Below are positions 1 to 11,267 of a stretch of DNA of 64,000 nucleotides, piece after piece. Source of the stretch: Patescibacteria group bacterium. GTDB taxonomy: Bacteria; Patescibacteriota; JACPGU01. Location of the stretch: assembly GCA_022703645.1 (NCBI GenBank), contig JAKLDG010000001.1, positions 669,254-733,253 of the forward strand. The letters are read 5' to 3'. Position 1 is the stretch's first letter, and the number at the start of each line of letters is the position of its first letter. Below the pieces are notes generated by a model. The model was given only the letters and a program-made list of their open reading frames with translations. It had not been told where the DNA came from and made no database searches. Position numbers and translations under genes: made by a program.

Positions 1-96
1 CAATAGAACCGCTAAAAAATAAATATTGTAATCCAACTACATAGGTAATTAATACTAAGAACCAAAAATATAAAATTGTTCTTGCTAATGATTTTC

Positions 97-1503
97 TCAT
101 TTATTAACAATTGATTGATAGTCGTCACCAATTATTATTTCAATGTCATAATTTTTATCTTTTTCATTCAATACAATAACTGGCATATCTTTGCCAAAAT
201 AAGCCTTCAAATAATCCATTGTCGCTGGCTTACTTCCATTTGAATAGTCATAAATAAATGATTTTGGATATTTTTTGTCCTCAGTACTATTTGTTTGTGT
301 ATTTGTAGTGGTGTCTGATATGCTTGGGCTACTCACTAAGTTATAACCCAAACCACTAAGCTCTTTAATTACCGCGTTTTCTTTATAAACATTTTTCACT
401 GAACCAGAAACCAATACTTTTGCTTTTTCCTCAGCAAATAATGGGTCTTTAAAATATTGACGAATAAAGCTATGCACTTCTTTTAATGTACTATCCTTAG
501 GAACCAAAACATACATTTCTTCATATTTATCAGCATATAAAACTCCGTCAGCGGAATCATCTAAAACTTTGTTTTGAATTTTACTAGAGCTAATCTGTTT
601 TCCTATTTGCACTAATCCGTTGATTTCTGAAAGCTGTAAATCCGTTTTAATATTATCGGCTAAAACGCTTAAAATCTGAGAAATCTTTGTCGGACTAACA
701 AGATTTTCTCTCTGCTTTACCTTTTCTTTTAATGCAATAATAATTTCTTGCTGTCTCCTAGCTCTATCAAAATCACTTGTAGTTTCACGAGATCTCGCGT
801 ATTTTAAAGCCATCTCCCCATCTAAATGATGCTCGCCTTTCTTTAAATAAAAGGCTTCATAACCGGCTACATATTTATCTGGATAAAGCGGGTCATAAAG
901 ATCCTCCTTGACATTTACATCAACCCCGCCAACAATATCTATAATTTTCTTAAAAGCATCGAAATTTACAAGCACGCAATAATGAATTGGGACCCCAAGA
1001 AAATCACCAACTGTACTTTTTACCAGACTAAAGTCCATTTCCTTATTTATATTTTTTGCCGAACCAGTTGAAGCATAATCAGAATTATTCAAGCTCAATA
1101 CGGCATTAATCTTTGTACCGCCATAATTTTTCACTTTTACATACAGATCGCGCGGAACCGATAACATTGCCGCTTCTTTGTTTTTCGGATCAATACTAAT
1201 TACCTGCATTGTATCAGTAAGGTTTCCACCTGGATGATTATCTCCGCCAATACCCATCAAAAGTACGTTGATTCTTCGATCGCCATATTCCAATTTTGAT
1301 ATAGCCGCATTGTTATTCCATATATCACCATCTCCGGAAAGAAGCGGCGATGCATTTGATGATTTGGAAACAATCATTTTTTTTGTTAAACCATATGCGC
1401 GAAAACCAAAAAATAAAACACAGGCTAATAAAAATATAAATATAAAAAATATTATATATTTTCTACTCTTATTTGGTTTTATATACTCTAAACTTTCTTC
1501 CAT
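97..1503 (-). CDS. LytR-CpsA-Psr (LCP) family cell-envelope phosphotransferase, N-terminal TM anchor
   Basis: Translation has LCP core (INVLLMGIGGDNHPGGNLTDTMQVISIDP...SVPRDLYV) and a LytR_C-like tail; single N-terminal TM segment. Confidence 0.8.
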   Translation of the reverse strand: MEESLEYIKPNKSRKYIIFFIFIFLLACVLFFGFRAYGLTKKMIVSKSSNASPLLSGDGDIWNNNAAISKLEYGDRRINVLLMGIGGDNHPGGNLTDTMQVISIDPKNKEAAMLSVPRDLYVKVKNYGGTKINAVLSLNNSDYASTGSAKNINKEMDFSLVKSTVGDFLGVPIHYCVLVNFDAFKKIIDIVGGVDVNVKEDLYDPLYPDKYVAGYEAFYLKKGEHHLDGEMALKYARSRETTSDFDRARRQQEIIIALKEKVKQRENLVSPTKISQILSVLADNIKTDLQLSEINGLVQIGKQISSSKIQNKVLDDSADGVLYADKYEEMYVLVPKDSTLKEVHSFIRQYFKDPLFAEEKAKVLVSGSVKNVYKENAVIKELSGLGYNLVSSPSISDTTTNTQTNSTEDKKYPKSFIYDYSNGSKPATMDYLKAYFGKDMPVIVLNEKDKNYDIEIIIGDDYQSIVNK

Positions 1504-1685
1504 TTTGTGTTACTACCCCCCAGATTAATTATATTTTTGAAGCATAAAAATAAACATTCATCATAAATATGATGTGGTTTGTATTTATATATACATTATA
1601 TCACAAATCCCAAATCAATCAAAAACCCTTTAATAAAAAACATATTTCTGATAATATATTTGTAATATATAAAAACAAATGAATA

Positions 1686-2462
1686 ATGGCCAAGGAAAAT
1701 GGTGGGGAAAAAATAATAGAAGAAATTGGTAATGAGATTAAGAAAATTGAAGAGAGTGGCTTATATCGAGAGGCAAAAGAAACTAGTTCTTTTGTCTGGG
1801 ATATAGCAAAAACGCTCTTTTTTGTTGTTGCAATAGCTTTTTTAATTAGGTTTTACTTGGTACAACCTTTTTATGTTGAGGGTAAATCCATGGAACCAAG
1901 CTTTAAAGATGGTGAATATCTTTTAATCGACGAGATCAGCTATAAATTTCGACTACCCACCAGAGGTGATGTAATAGTTTTCAAACCACCAGTCTCGCAA
2001 AATGTTTATCAGAACTATATAAAAAGAATAGTTGCCCTTCCCGGAGAAACAATAGAATACAAAACTGAATCAGCTGGTGGTGGATATTCAGTCACAAAAG
2101 ACGAAAAAACTGCGCAGCTCGAAGAGCCGTATTTAAGTCCAGACACACCTACTATCGGAAACGGCAGTGTAAAACTAAAAAGTAATGAATATTGGGCTAT
2201 GGGAGATAATCGAACTAATAGCTCTGATTCAAGGGTTTTTGGTCCAATAAATAAGAATAATATAACCGGACATGCTTGGTTTTATATGAAAATAAAGCCA
2301 TGGAAAACAATTAATTTTTTTGGTATCAAAATTAATATACCAGGAATTGAATCAATGGGAAGAATAAAAAAGCCAAATTATAGTATTGATAATAAATTAT
2401 CGCTCTCTTTCTCTAACTTTAATAAATATAGGGACTCCGAAAAGATCGTATTTTTCTCTTAA
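1686..2462 (+). CDS. lepB: signal peptidase I
   Basis: S26 motifs GKSMEPSFKDGEYLL, GDVIVFKPP, YIKRIVALPGETIE, GDNRTNSSDSR; C-terminal ~60 aa may be read-through overlapping convergent der. Confidence 0.8.
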   Translation: MAKENGGEKIIEEIGNEIKKIEESGLYREAKETSSFVWDIAKTLFFVVAIAFLIRFYLVQPFYVEGKSMEPSFKDGEYLLIDEISYKFRLPTRGDVIVFKPPVSQNVYQNYIKRIVALPGETIEYKTESAGGGYSVTKDEKTAQLEEPYLSPDTPTIGNGSVKLKSNEYWAMGDNRTNSSDSRVFGPINKNNITGHAWFYMKIKPWKTINFFGIKINIPGIESMGRIKKPNYSIDNKLSLSFSNFNKYRDSEKIVFFS

Positions 2463-3698
2463 TTCTTTCTCAATATAATCAATATATCTTTTTTGAAAGA
2501 ATTTTTTATTATTAATAAAAAACAGAAATTCTAATGGTTTTGTTCCAACTTGTGTAGCATAGAAAAGCTTTGCGCCATAACTGCTATATTTATTTATAAT
2601 CCTGGTAACTTCACGGTTTAATACGGAAGTTTTTACTTTTATCTCGGAAGCTTTTTCTAATTTCTGGATTTGTGCAACCATTTTATCAATACCAAAACCT
2701 TTTACTGCTGAGACGAAAACAAAAGGAAAGTTTTTGAATATATTATTATCGGCTATTAAAATATTTTTAAATTTGCTCTCCGTCATATCTGGTGCCTTTA
2801 TATCCCATTTATTTACTACGATAATTATGCTTTTCCCTTTTTTCCAGGCGTAACTCAAAAGTTTCACATCGTAATCTGTAGCATATGAATTTGAATCTAC
2901 TATATATAATACTATATCGCAGCGATCTATCGTATTGATTGATTTATATGAAGAAGCTTTATCTAATATCCCGGAAATTTTCCCTTTTCTGCGCAATCCT
3001 GCCGTATCAATAAAAAGATATTCCTTTCCTTCGATTTTTATTTCTGCATCCACCGCGTCACGTGTAGTACCGGCAATATCTGTGACTATACTGCGTTCGC
3101 TACCGTATATGGAATTAAATAGCGATGATTTACCAACATTTGGTTTCCCTATTAACGCGATTTTTGTAATATCCTTAATCTTTTTAGATAAACTTTTTGC
3201 TTTCCGGATTTTTATTTTTTTTGCAATTAATTCTTTTAACTCATCGATTCCTCTATTATTAGCCGCCGAAATAGCAATGAGGTCAGAAAAACCAAATTGG
3301 TAAAAGTCAAAAACATTCGCCTCGAGTTTTGCACTTTCTATTTTGTTAACAACTAAGATGATTTGTTTCTTTGACTTTCTCAAAACTTCAGCTATTTTTT
3401 CATCCTCCGCGCTGATATCACATTTACCATCAACCAAAAAAAGAATCAAATCTAGATCCTTAATATTTTTTAAAATATTTTCTTGGACACTTTTTTCAAT
3501 CTTTTCATTAACGTTAAAGTCAAAGCCGCCAAAATCAACTAATTTTAGCCTTTGACCACCAATCTCTATATCGCCTACCATAAAATCGCGCGTAGTCCCA
3601 GCTACTTCAGAAACAATAGATTTCTTCTCACGAATCAAAAGATTAAAAAGAGTAGATTTACCAACATTGGTGCGACCCAAAATTCCTATTTTTTTCAT
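2397..3698 (-). CDS. der: ribosome-associated GTPase Der/EngA (tandem GTPase domains + KH-like)
   Basis: Two P-loops GRTNVGKSTLFN and GKPNVGKSSLFN, each followed by a DxxG box. Confidence 0.9.
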   Translation of the reverse strand: MKKIGILGRTNVGKSTLFNLLIREKKSIVSEVAGTTRDFMVGDIEIGGQRLKLVDFGGFDFNVNEKIEKSVQENILKNIKDLDLILFLVDGKCDISAEDEKIAEVLRKSKKQIILVVNKIESAKLEANVFDFYQFGFSDLIAISAANNRGIDELKELIAKKIKIRKAKSLSKKIKDITKIALIGKPNVGKSSLFNSIYGSERSIVTDIAGTTRDAVDAEIKIEGKEYLFIDTAGLRRKGKISGILDKASSYKSINTIDRCDIVLYIVDSNSYATDYDVKLLSYAWKKGKSIIIVVNKWDIKAPDMTESKFKNILIADNNIFKNFPFVFVSAVKGFGIDKMVAQIQKLEKASEIKVKTSVLNREVTRIINKYSSYGAKLFYATQVGTKPLEFLFFINNKKFFQKRYIDYIEKELREKYDLFGVPIFIKVRERER

Positions 3699-3727
3699 AA
3701 GCCCATATTAAAAATAATGACAAAAAA

Positions 3728-5737
3728 CTATTCTATTTTTATTAGTTCTTTTTGGACTTTTTCTTTTTTTGTTTCAACTAAAGTATCGCCCTCAACTATT
3801 ATAACTTTTTCATCTTCTGTAATATGAAAAAATATATTCATTCCACATTCAATTCCTTTTGCAACTTCATTTACTGTTTTATCAACTATCCTCAAAGACC
3901 CGACTCTGCCTTCAGCAATAAAACTTTCGCCATGAAAGAATCTAGCCATACCATCCTTTTCCAATTTACCATTCGTAACCCTTACACCAATAATTTTATC
4001 TTTCTTACCATCTTTAAAAACCTTTAGAACTTGCGCTTTACCAATTTCTTTTTCTATCTCTTCTGGTTCCAGCAATCCAGAGAGTGATAAAGTTACTTTA
4101 TCAATTAATTCATAAATAATATCAAATATCTCTGCCTTCATATTATTGTTTTCCAACATCTTCTTTGCCTGTGCTGTAACTCCTACACGAAAACCCAAAA
4201 CTAAAGCTTGAGTTGCAATTGCCATCTTCACATCCGAATCATTTATATCACCAATTCCGTCATTAATTATTTTTATACTTACCTCTTCGAATTTAAAAGA
4301 TTCAAGTGAGTCACGGATCGCTTTGAGAGATCCTGTTACGTCCGCTTTGATGATTAATCTTAGCTCTCTTAACTCCCCCGATTTCAAAGCGCTGGAAACT
4401 GTCGATAAACTAAAAACACCCTGAGATATTTTTTTAATCGAAGATTCTTTTTTATATTTTGCAATTTTATCTTTCGCAAAGGAAAAAGAATTCTCTACCT
4501 CCATAACCTCCCCAAAATTTGGAACATTTGATAGCCCCGTAATTCTTACCGGGTCAGACGGTTTGGCTTCTTTTACTTTTTTTCCTTTGTAATCAGTCAT
4601 CGAGCGGATTCTACCAAATACGTTTCTACCGATAGTAACAGCATCACCAATTTTCAATGTTCCTTCGCGAATCAATACCGTGGCGATCGGTCCTTTACTC
4701 GTCGACATTTTTGATTCAATTACAAATCCATTGCCAGGAATATCGACATAACTTTCAATCTTTTTCATATCAGCCACCAGTAGTATCAAATCAAGAAGTT
4801 CGTCAACACCAGTCCCAACTTTTGCAGAAACGTTTCCCATGACAGTATTGCCTCCCCATTCTTCTGGAATTAGTCCTATGTCTGCTAACTCTCTTTTTGT
4901 TTTTTCAATATTTGCTTCTGGCTTATCAATTTTATTTATTGCAACAACGATTGGCACACCTGCTTCCTGCGCAAAGCGAACTGATTCTTTTGTTTGCGGT
5001 TTTACACCATCATCTGCAGCTACAACCAAAACAGCAACATCAGTGATGCGGACTCCGTGTTCTCGCATTGCAGAAAATGCTGCATGACCCGGCGTATCCA
5101 AAAATGTAACTTTTCTTCCTTTTTTCTCAATTTGATATGCACCAATATGCTGTGTAATACCACCGGACTCAGTATCAATAACATTCGTTTTGCGAATATA
5201 ATCAAGTAGTTTTGTCTTACCATGATCAACATGACCGATAATTGTGATGACTGGTGGTCGAGTAATTTTTTTTAAACCGATATTCTTATTAATATCGCCA
5301 TTTATTTTTTTATTAGAAGACTCCTCTTGTTTTTTTACCACAAAGCCGAGGATTGAACCAACTATTTCTGCAGTTTCAAAATCAATATTTTCATTCAATG
5401 ATGCCATAACACCATTTTTCATAAGTTCAGTAATGACCTTGGTAACTGGCAATCCTAATTTTTCACTGAAATTTTTAACCGATATTACTTCTGGTATTTC
5501 AATTGCATTTTGATCATTTACTCCAACCTCTTTTACTTCTTCCTGATTTTCTTCTTCTTTAATCTCTTGTTTTTTTGCTTTCTTATTTTCTTGATTAACT
5601 GCTTCAATAAACTCTTTTGCTTTTTTATCACCCATCGTATTTGATTTCTGCGCAATTACAAAATTGAGATCCTTCGCTTTATCACGAACGTCCTTAATTG
5701 AAACTCCAAGTTTTCTTGCAATATCAGAAATTTTCAT
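3728..5737 (-). CDS. infB: translation initiation factor IF-2
   Basis: GTPase domain IGHVDHGKTKLLD...DTPGHAAF...NKIDK; IF-2 C-terminal beta-barrels. Confidence 0.9.
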   Translation of the reverse strand: MKISDIARKLGVSIKDVRDKAKDLNFVIAQKSNTMGDKKAKEFIEAVNQENKKAKKQEIKEEENQEEVKEVGVNDQNAIEIPEVISVKNFSEKLGLPVTKVITELMKNGVMASLNENIDFETAEIVGSILGFVVKKQEESSNKKINGDINKNIGLKKITRPPVITIIGHVDHGKTKLLDYIRKTNVIDTESGGITQHIGAYQIEKKGRKVTFLDTPGHAAFSAMREHGVRITDVAVLVVAADDGVKPQTKESVRFAQEAGVPIVVAINKIDKPEANIEKTKRELADIGLIPEEWGGNTVMGNVSAKVGTGVDELLDLILLVADMKKIESYVDIPGNGFVIESKMSTSKGPIATVLIREGTLKIGDAVTIGRNVFGRIRSMTDYKGKKVKEAKPSDPVRITGLSNVPNFGEVMEVENSFSFAKDKIAKYKKESSIKKISQGVFSLSTVSSALKSGELRELRLIIKADVTGSLKAIRDSLESFKFEEVSIKIINDGIGDINDSDVKMAIATQALVLGFRVGVTAQAKKMLENNNMKAEIFDIIYELIDKVTLSLSGLLEPEEIEKEIGKAQVLKVFKDGKKDKIIGVRVTNGKLEKDGMARFFHGESFIAEGRVGSLRIVDKTVNEVAKGIECGMNIFFHITEDEKVIIVEGDTLVETKKEKVQKELIKIE

Positions 5738-5813
5738 AAATAAAAATATATAAACATCAATTTGATATTAATCCTATTATATCATAAAAAACTAACCTTT
5801 ACAAAAAACAAGT

Positions 5814-5850
5814 AAAAAATTCCCCCAATATGATATCGGGGGAATTTTTT
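5814..5850 (-). terminator. intrinsic terminator immediately 3' of gyrA
   Basis: aaaaaattcccccaatatgatatcgggggaatttttt: GC stem flanked by A/T runs, directly after the gyrA stop. Confidence 0.5.
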
Positions 5851-5851
5851 A

Positions 5852-8800
5852 CTAAAGCCTTGTTCTCTTAAATGTATTTGCTGAAAAGAAGTCTATTGCC
5901 TCTGGTTTTTTTGGCACTTGTTTTGCAACTATCTTTGGTTTTTTTATCTTAACAACCTTCAACTGTTTCTTTACAACTGTCTTAACTTTTTTAACTGGTT
6001 TTTTAATGGTTTTCTTTGCAATCTTTTTCGCCGGTTTTTTAGTCGCGATTTTTTTCACTGGCTTTTTAATTGCTTTAACTTTTTTAATTTTAGCAATTGG
6101 TTTGATTTTCTTAACAGACTTTCCTTTTTTTGCTGTTTTTTCTTTAACAGCTTTTTTGCTTTCTTTTTTCTTTGTCTTACTATCATTCTTGTGATATTTT
6201 TCTTCTTGGATCATCCCCTCAATTTCTAATTCTTCATCGATCTTTTCTAATTCACTAATCTTTTTTGCATCTTCCATTTCTTCTAAATTTTCTTCTAATT
6301 TCTTTTTAATTTCCTTTTGTGATTTTACGTTTTCAACCTTCTTTTCACCCGCATCACTTTTACTCGCTTCATCATTTTCTTCATTTGATATTATACTCAT
6401 AGAAGCAATCTTATCTCCATCATGCATTTTCATTATTTTTACTCCCTGAGTTGAGCGGCCGATCGTTCGGATATCTTTGAGCGGTGTACGAATAACTTGG
6501 CCTTCTTTTGACATACATATTAGATCGGCATCTTTTGAATCATCAACAATCTTGGTACCAATTAGTTTTCCAGTCTTATCAGTAACATTAGCAGTCTTAA
6601 CTCCTGATCCTCCACGATTTTGAACGTTATATTCTTCGATTGGAGTTTTCTTACCAAGACCGTTTTCGGATAGAACTAAAAGTTTCAATCCTTTTTCTCC
6701 CTCAGTAATAACATCGGCGCCAACTACATAATCATCACCTTTCATTTTCATACCTCTTACACCGCGGCTAGCGCGACCCATAGGACGGGCATCAGATTCT
6801 GAAAAACGAATAGACTGACCATGAGAGCTTACCATCATTATTTCGTCTTTTCCACTAGTTACCTTTATCCAATGCAATTCATCGCCAGTATCTAGTTTGA
6901 TCGCGATAATACCAGACTTGCGAACATTTTTATAATCAGCTATCTTGGTTTTCTTGATCGTGCCACGTTTTGTAATCATAAACATATACCCTTCTTGTTC
7001 TGGGTTTTTGAGAGTAATCATGGAAGTCACTTTTTCATCACTACCAATTTGAATTATGTTTACTACAGCCTGTCCTTTTGCAATTCTAGAACTAACTGGG
7101 ATTTCAAAAGTTCGCGTTTGGAAAACTCTACCTTTATTTGTAAAGAATAAAAGGTAATCATGATTCATGGTTGTAGTAATATGCGCAATACTATCTTCTT
7201 CTTTCATTGTTGCGCCAATCACGCCCTTACCTCCACGCGATTGTGTGCGGTAAGTATTTATCGGCATTCTTTTTATATATCCACCTTCGGATAACGTTAC
7301 AATAACTTCTTCATTTGGTACGAGGTCTTCATCCCGGAATTGACCAATGGCTTTCTTAACAATTCTTGTCCTCCTGTTGTCTCCGTATTTTTCTTTCATT
7401 TCATCCATTTCACCCTTTATAATCCCCATGATTCTCTTCTCGCTTGCTAATATTGCCTCAAGCTCTTTTATTAAAGCTAATTTTTCTTTATATTCGTCTT
7501 CAATTTTCTTGCGTTCAAGTGCTGCCAAAGCAGAGAGTCTCATATCCAAAATTGCTTGAGCTTGAATTTCAGAAAGCTTAAATTTCTTCATCAAGTTTGC
7601 TTTCGCTTCATCTTTGTCCGCTGATTTTCGGATCGTTGCAATCACTTCGTCAAGATGATCTAGAGCAATTTTTAGACCTTCCAAAATATGTAATCGATCT
7701 TTTGCCCTCTTTAATTCAAATTGAGTTCTCCTGGTGACAACCTCTTTTCTATGTTTTATATAATATTCTAATACTTCTTTAAGATTTAAAACCCTTGGCT
7801 GAATACCATCAACGAGTGCCAACATATTTATTGAAAAAGTATCCTGCAGAGAAGTCATTTTATACAATGAATTTAAAATCTTTTGCGGATAGGCGTCCTT
7901 TTTTAACTCAACCACAATGCGGACTCCGTCTCTGTCTGATTCATCGCGAAGATCGGAAATCCCTACAATCTTTTTTTCTTTATGTAGTGTCGCGATCTTT
8001 TCAACTAAGGTGGATTTATTTACTTGGTATGGAATTTCAGAAATTATAATTTTGAAATCACCCTTTTTGCCCTCTTCGATTTTTGCTTCACCGCGCATTA
8101 CCACTCTTCCTTTTCCAGTTGTATATGCTTGTTTAATTTCCTCTGCATTATAAATTGATCCCCCAGTTGGAAAATCCGGTCCTGGAACAAATTGCATTAA
8201 GTCTTCGTTTGTCGCTTCTTTATTATCGATCAAATGGTTAATCGCGTCACAAAGTTCCCCAAGATTGTGTGGCGGAATTTTGGTTGCCATACCAACAGCA
8301 ATACCCTCTGAACCATTAAGAAGCAATCCTGGAACTTTTGCAGGAAGTACTTGTGGTTCTTTACGCGTTGCATCAAAGTTATCCACGAAATCAACTGTAT
8401 CCATATCAAGATCCGCAAGAATTTCTTCTGAGATTGCTTTCATTCTCGCTTCGGTATAACGATACGCCGCTGCACCATCTCCATCCATTGAACCAAAGTT
8501 TCCCTGACCATCGATTAATTGATAGCGCATCGAGAAATCTTGAGCCATACGAACTAATGATTCATACACAGCAGAATCACCATGCGGGTGATATTTACCA
8601 AGAACATCCCCCACCACGGTAGCACATTTTCTGTATTTTACGTTATGACGAAGACCAAGTTCGTTCATTGAATATAAAATTCTGCGGTGCACCGGCTTCA
8701 TCCCATCACGGACATCAGGCAAAGCTCTTTGAACAATAACGCTCATCGCATAATCAAGAAAGCTGGTTTGCATTTCTTCAACCAATTCCCTTGGTTTGAT

Positions 8801-8899
8801 ATAACCGTACTTCAAATCATCAACTGTTGGTTCAACAGCTTTTAAATTCTTTTCTTTTGGTTCTTCGTTCAAATTTTGTTGATCTTTTTCTTCTGGCAT
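5852..8899 (-). CDS. gyrA: DNA gyrase subunit A with ~170-aa lysine-rich histone-H1-like C-terminal extension
   Basis: Canonical GyrA N-terminus, catalytic region and beta-pinwheel; C-terminus (coords ~5852-6360) is acidic then KKPVKK/AKKIAKK repeats. Confidence 0.9.
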   Translation of the reverse strand: MPEEKDQQNLNEEPKEKNLKAVEPTVDDLKYGYIKPRELVEEMQTSFLDYAMSVIVQRALPDVRDGMKPVHRRILYSMNELGLRHNVKYRKCATVVGDVLGKYHPHGDSAVYESLVRMAQDFSMRYQLIDGQGNFGSMDGDGAAAYRYTEARMKAISEEILADLDMDTVDFVDNFDATRKEPQVLPAKVPGLLLNGSEGIAVGMATKIPPHNLGELCDAINHLIDNKEATNEDLMQFVPGPDFPTGGSIYNAEEIKQAYTTGKGRVVMRGEAKIEEGKKGDFKIIISEIPYQVNKSTLVEKIATLHKEKKIVGISDLRDESDRDGVRIVVELKKDAYPQKILNSLYKMTSLQDTFSINMLALVDGIQPRVLNLKEVLEYYIKHRKEVVTRRTQFELKRAKDRLHILEGLKIALDHLDEVIATIRKSADKDEAKANLMKKFKLSEIQAQAILDMRLSALAALERKKIEDEYKEKLALIKELEAILASEKRIMGIIKGEMDEMKEKYGDNRRTRIVKKAIGQFRDEDLVPNEEVIVTLSEGGYIKRMPINTYRTQSRGGKGVIGATMKEEDSIAHITTTMNHDYLLFFTNKGRVFQTRTFEIPVSSRIAKGQAVVNIIQIGSDEKVTSMITLKNPEQEGYMFMITKRGTIKKTKIADYKNVRKSGIIAIKLDTGDELHWIKVTSGKDEIMMVSSHGQSIRFSESDARPMGRASRGVRGMKMKGDDYVVGADVITEGEKGLKLLVLSENGLGKKTPIEEYNVQNRGGSGVKTANVTDKTGKLIGTKIVDDSKDADLICMSKEGQVIRTPLKDIRTIGRSTQGVKIMKMHDGDKIASMSIISNEENDEASKSDAGEKKVENVKSQKEIKKKLEENLEEMEDAKKISELEKIDEELEIEGMIQEEKYHKNDSKTKKKESKKAVKEKTAKKGKSVKKIKPIAKIKKVKAIKKPVKKIATKKPAKKIAKKTIKKPVKKVKTVVKKQLKVVKIKKPKIVAKQVPKKPEAIDFFSANTFKRTRL

Positions 8900-8917
8900 A
8901 TTTTATGTATAAAATTT

Positions 8918-11011
8918 TTATATATCCAAATTCTTTACCGTTTTTGCATGCGCCTGGATAAAACGTTTGCGGGGCGGAACTTCATCACCCATTAATGTTG
9001 TGAAAACTTCATCGGCTTTGGCTGCATCCTCAACTGTAACTTGCAAAAGAATTCTGTTCTTTGGCTCCATGGTGGTTTCCCAAAGCTGTTGCGGGTTCAT
9101 TTCACCCAAGCCTTTATAACGTTGAATATTTGGTTTTGAAAGTTTCTTTGATTTTTTAATGCCCTTCTCTTCAGTAATATTTTCGCCCTCGATTTCTTCA
9201 ACTTCAACTTCCGCACTTTCAGTCTCGGAAGTTTCGTCAACAACCTGGATTTGTTCAGCCGTTACACCCATTTCTTGCATGATTGATTCTTTCTCATCAT
9301 CGCTATATGCGTATTTTGATTCTTTTCCTTTGGTGATTTTGTAAAGTGGTGGCTGTGCAATATAAATATTTCCATTTTCCACCAGCGGCATCATGTTGCG
9401 GTAAAAGAAAGTTAAAAGCAATGTCCGAATGTGCGCACCATCTACATCGGCATCTGTCATAATAATAATTCGGCTGTATCGAAGACGGGTGGCATCAAAT
9501 GTATCACCGATTCCGGTTCCCAATGCAACAATCAAAGCACGAATTTCAGCTGAAGCCAACATGCGATCAAGACGGGCTCTTTCTACGTTTAATATTTTCC
9601 CGCGAAGTGGAAGTATCGCTTGGAAATTTCGATCTCTGCCTTGTTTTGCCGATCCACCAGCTGAGTCACCCTCTACTATATATAATTCACATTCTTCCAT
9701 TTTCTTTGAAGAACAGTCAGCTAGTTTTCCAGGTAATGTCATTCCTTCCAAAGCACCTTTGCGAATAACTGTATCACGAGCCGCTTTAGCTGCAAGACGG
9801 GCTCTGGCTGCTAAAACATTTTTCTCGATCATTTTCTTAGCTTCGCTCGGATTTTCTTCTAGATAAATCGTAAGTCCTTCAGCAACCACAGAATCAACAG
9901 CAGTCCGAGCTTCCGGATTTCCGAGTTTGGCTTTTGTTTGTCCTTCAAATTGAGGATTAGGATGTTTTAGAGAAACGATAGCAGTTAAGCCTTCGCGCAC
10001 ATCATCGCCGGAAAGATTATCATCATTATCTTTGAGTAAGCCTGATTTTCGAGCATAATCATTTAACGCGCGCGTTAAAGCGGTTCGAAAACCAGTCAGA
10101 TGCATTCCGCCATCTGGTGTATAAATACCATTAGCAAAAGTTAAAACATTTTCATTAAAAGCGTCTGTATATTGGATGGCCACTTCGATAGTCATACTAT
10201 CAACATTTTTTATTACATAAAATGGCGGGTAATTTAATTGATCCTTGTTCTTATTAATATGAAGAACGTAAGAAGAAACTCCACCTTCAAAATAATATGT
10301 CTCTTTTCTTTTTGGATATTTTACTTTACCTTTCTTGCCAAATTCATTTTCGCCTTCCGATTCAATTTCCTCACGTAAATCTAGAACCGTAATATTTAAT
10401 CCCCTATTCAAATATGCGGTCTGACGACAATGCTCGGCAATAGTTTTGAATGAAAACTTTGTCGTTTCAAATATTGAAGCATCTGGTTCAAAAGTAATTT
10501 TTGTTCCTGTCCAAGATGTTTTTTCTTCTTCTTTTAATCTACCAGTAGCATGGCCAACCTTGTATTCTTGAGAATAGCGCTTACCATCACGTCCAACTTC
10601 TGCGCGCATGAAGGTTGACAGGGCATTAACTACGGAAACACCCACACCATGCAAACCACCAGAAACTTTATATCCTTCGCCACCAAATTTACCCCCGGCA
10701 TGAAGAACGGTAAGAACAGTTTCAAGAGTTGACTTTTTTGTTTGAGGATGGATCTCCACCGGAATACCTCGCCCGTTATCAGTAACAGCAACCCGATCAC
10801 CTGGTAATATTTCAACCAAAACCTCGGTGGCATATCCTGCCATTGCTTCATCAACCGCATTGTCCAGTACTTCCCATACCATATGGTGAAGTCCTGCAAT
10901 ACCAGTAGAACCGATATACATCCCGGGACGAAGCCGTACTGGCTCGAGCCCTTCTAGAACCTGAATCGACTCCGCAGTATATTTTTTTGCTCCTTCTTTT
11001 GCGCTGACCAT
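8918..11011 (-). CDS. gyrB: DNA gyrase subunit B
   Basis: GHKL ATPase, TOPRIM, C-terminal ...[18 protein letters not shown]; gyrB-gyrA in tandem. Confidence 0.95.
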   Translation of the reverse strand: MVSAKEGAKKYTAESIQVLEGLEPVRLRPGMYIGSTGIAGLHHMVWEVLDNAVDEAMAGYATEVLVEILPGDRVAVTDNGRGIPVEIHPQTKKSTLETVLTVLHAGGKFGGEGYKVSGGLHGVGVSVVNALSTFMRAEVGRDGKRYSQEYKVGHATGRLKEEEKTSWTGTKITFEPDASIFETTKFSFKTIAEHCRQTAYLNRGLNITVLDLREEIESEGENEFGKKGKVKYPKRKETYYFEGGVSSYVLHINKNKDQLNYPPFYVIKNVDSMTIEVAIQYTDAFNENVLTFANGIYTPDGGMHLTGFRTALTRALNDYARKSGLLKDNDDNLSGDDVREGLTAIVSLKHPNPQFEGQTKAKLGNPEARTAVDSVVAEGLTIYLEENPSEAKKMIEKNVLAARARLAAKAARDTVIRKGALEGMTLPGKLADCSSKKMEECELYIVEGDSAGGSAKQGRDRNFQAILPLRGKILNVERARLDRMLASAEIRALIVALGTGIGDTFDATRLRYSRIIIMTDADVDGAHIRTLLLTFFYRNMMPLVENGNIYIAQPPLYKITKGKESKYAYSDDEKESIMQEMGVTAEQIQVVDETSETESAEVEVEEIEGENITEEKGIKKSKKLSKPNIQRYKGLGEMNPQQLWETTMEPKNRILLQVTVEDAAKADEVFTTLMGDEVPPRKRFIQAHAKTVKNLDI

Positions 11012-11267
11012 AAGAAATAAATTAAAGTTAAAAAATCAAAAATAAAAATGACAATGTAAAATTCAAAAATATCAGATCGAGACATTTTAAATTTTGAACT
11101 GTCATTTTGATTTTTAATCTTTGATTTTTACATTAAAAGTCAAAGAAACAAACCAAGAACTTAAACAGCTCTTACCCAACCATTATACTTCAAAACGCCC
11201 CTCAAGGCAACAACAAAATATTAGCGACGGTTCGCGAAATTAGTAATTATTTAGAGAAATTAGCGAT

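Noticed and set aside
1-96. Sequence upstream of the window's first gene
   Set aside because: Too short and edge-truncated to assign; no complete ORF or RNA motif recognised.
2397-2462. 66-bp convergent overlap between lepB and der ORFs
   Set aside because: Probably read-through of the lepB frame past its true C-terminus in A/T-rich sequence rather than a genuine functional overlap; it cannot be resolved without homolog alignment.
5918-6229. + strand ORFs 5918-6229 and 6006-6194 (F/L-rich)
   Set aside because: Antisense mirror of the K-rich (AAR codon) GyrA tail; low-complexity poly-F with no start context.
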